The notes beneath the pieces were generated by a model, which was given only the letters and a program-made list of their open reading frames with translations, had not been told where the DNA came from and did no database searches. DNA of 64,000 nucleotides from Sphagnum compactum (Eukaryota). Location: assembly GCA_965153455.1 (NCBI GenBank), contig OZ234493.1:28262213-28326212 (forward strand), read 5' to 3'. Made by a program: the position numbers and the translations under genes. Numbering within the stretch: the first letter of the stretch is position 1; each line of letters begins with the position of its first letter. Shown piece after piece: positions 62,626-64,000 of this stretch.

Positions 62626-64000
62626 AAGTCTATTTCTCCAAGACACTAGTCTTGGCTTCAATTTGCCAATATTGGAATTTTTGTCTTGAAATAAAGTCTT
62701 AAAGGTTAAATATTCTTAAAGGTTGGTACCATGGTTAAAAATCCCAAAATTCATTTAAATTATTTTCCTAAATATTTCAAATATCCCATGCTTTTTTAGA
62801 CTAAATCAGGAGGGTCTCTGAGTTCAAATCTAACATTTTTTGGCCGTAATATGGCCACTAAGAAAAGGTAAAGGCACCAGCATTTATTTATTTATTTATT
62901 TATTTATTTTTTGCATCAGAGTTTTTTCTCTGGCGAATTTTTATGGGAAAAAGAATTAGTTTTTTGGTTTTCTAGTCTCAAATATTCGAATTGAAAAATA
63001 GGAATAGCCAGATTTCTGTGTTAAGTTCCAGTATGTAGCAAACTATATAGAAGGATGCTTAAATTTTAAAAAACATTTCATGCATTTTTTCCAGTCAGAT
63101 TTGGCTAAATTGTCTTATGGATGATTGCCACTTTAGCCACATCACAAAAAAGAATAGAAGAAAATTTGTATGATTCGTACAAAGGCTTTTTTTAAAAGGA
63201 AAAAATGGGCCATTTTAAAGGATTTTTTCTTTTCAAAATCACTAGATTTAGAATATAGGCTCTAGCATGTGGCAATATATAGGAATTTTAAAAAACAATT
63301 CCTCTTTGACCTTTAGCCAAATTTGGCTAAGTCCTCTTGTGGATGATCGCCAATCCACCTACCTCACAAAACTAAAAAGAAAAAGACCCGTTGGGTGTTG
63401 GATGGTGTAAAACTTGATGGATTATTTGTTTGGTCATGATACCTAACGGGTATCATGCAAAAAAAAGAAGAAAAAAAAGGGTTTAGGGTTTAGGGTTTCA
63501 TAAACATTTGAAAATGTCTTTGTGATGTGATATTAGGAAGTTCATCGAAAAGGGGAAAAAAATAGCTTAGAGTTTACAATTGTGGAGTTCATATGGAATG
63601 GAACCTCATGCATTCACATTATTAACTTGGCCACACTTGAGGACACTATATTTTGAAGGGGGAGTTTGCATTTACGTGGTCGTTGCAATTGATGACCATT
63701 TTTCATCTTGAAAAGAACGTGCAAATTTTTGAGTTTCAATTCGTTCAATTCATCCGTAAGACTTTAGCTAAAGAAGAAGTTCATCACAAAGTTATCCATC
63801 ATCTATGTCATGGATTTCATAACTTGGACACATATATACAACACACACGATAACAAGCATAGTAGAAAATGGTTGTGAGACTTTCTACAAATTTAAAAAG
63901 CTTTTTTGAAAGCTTTGGAATATGCAAGTTTTCTCAATGGATTGGATATAGGCACTCTCAAGAAATTGCCAAAATTGCGTATTCGGATGGACATAATTTG

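Overview
Land-plant nuclear DNA, probably a moss or other bryophyte (inferred from a moss-type mitochondrial atp1 intron in a NUMT, TTTAGGG repeats and intron-rich genes). There are three intact + strand genes: an intronless CDKG-type kinase (2251-4566), a ~19-exon BRE1/HUB1 H2B ubiquitin ligase (36688-46495) and a 19-exon mitochondrial citrate synthase (50893-57758, one GC-AG intron). A spliced KH/STAR (SPIN1/QKI-like) pseudogene lies head-to-head with the kinase. From ~5.8 to 35 kb the DNA is AT-rich and made of nested mobile relics: CACTA elements with TIRs and TSDs, a MITE, a Copia pol relic, a Helitron-like element, and a mitochondrial insertion (atp1 exon plus group II intron with maturase/HNH remnants). 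The most interesting element is a decayed, intron-containing gene fusing a ParB/Sulfiredoxin-like domain to a beta-class (N4C/N6A-type) DNA methyltransferase fold. It is preceded by an array of 28-bp palindromes and possibly bracketed by long diverged inverted repeats. The right end holds a Harbinger Myb-like relic, a 1.2-kb foldback with telomere-repeat palindromes and a ~97-bp tandem array. All calls come from manual reading; no database searches were run, and boundaries of degenerate elements are approximate.
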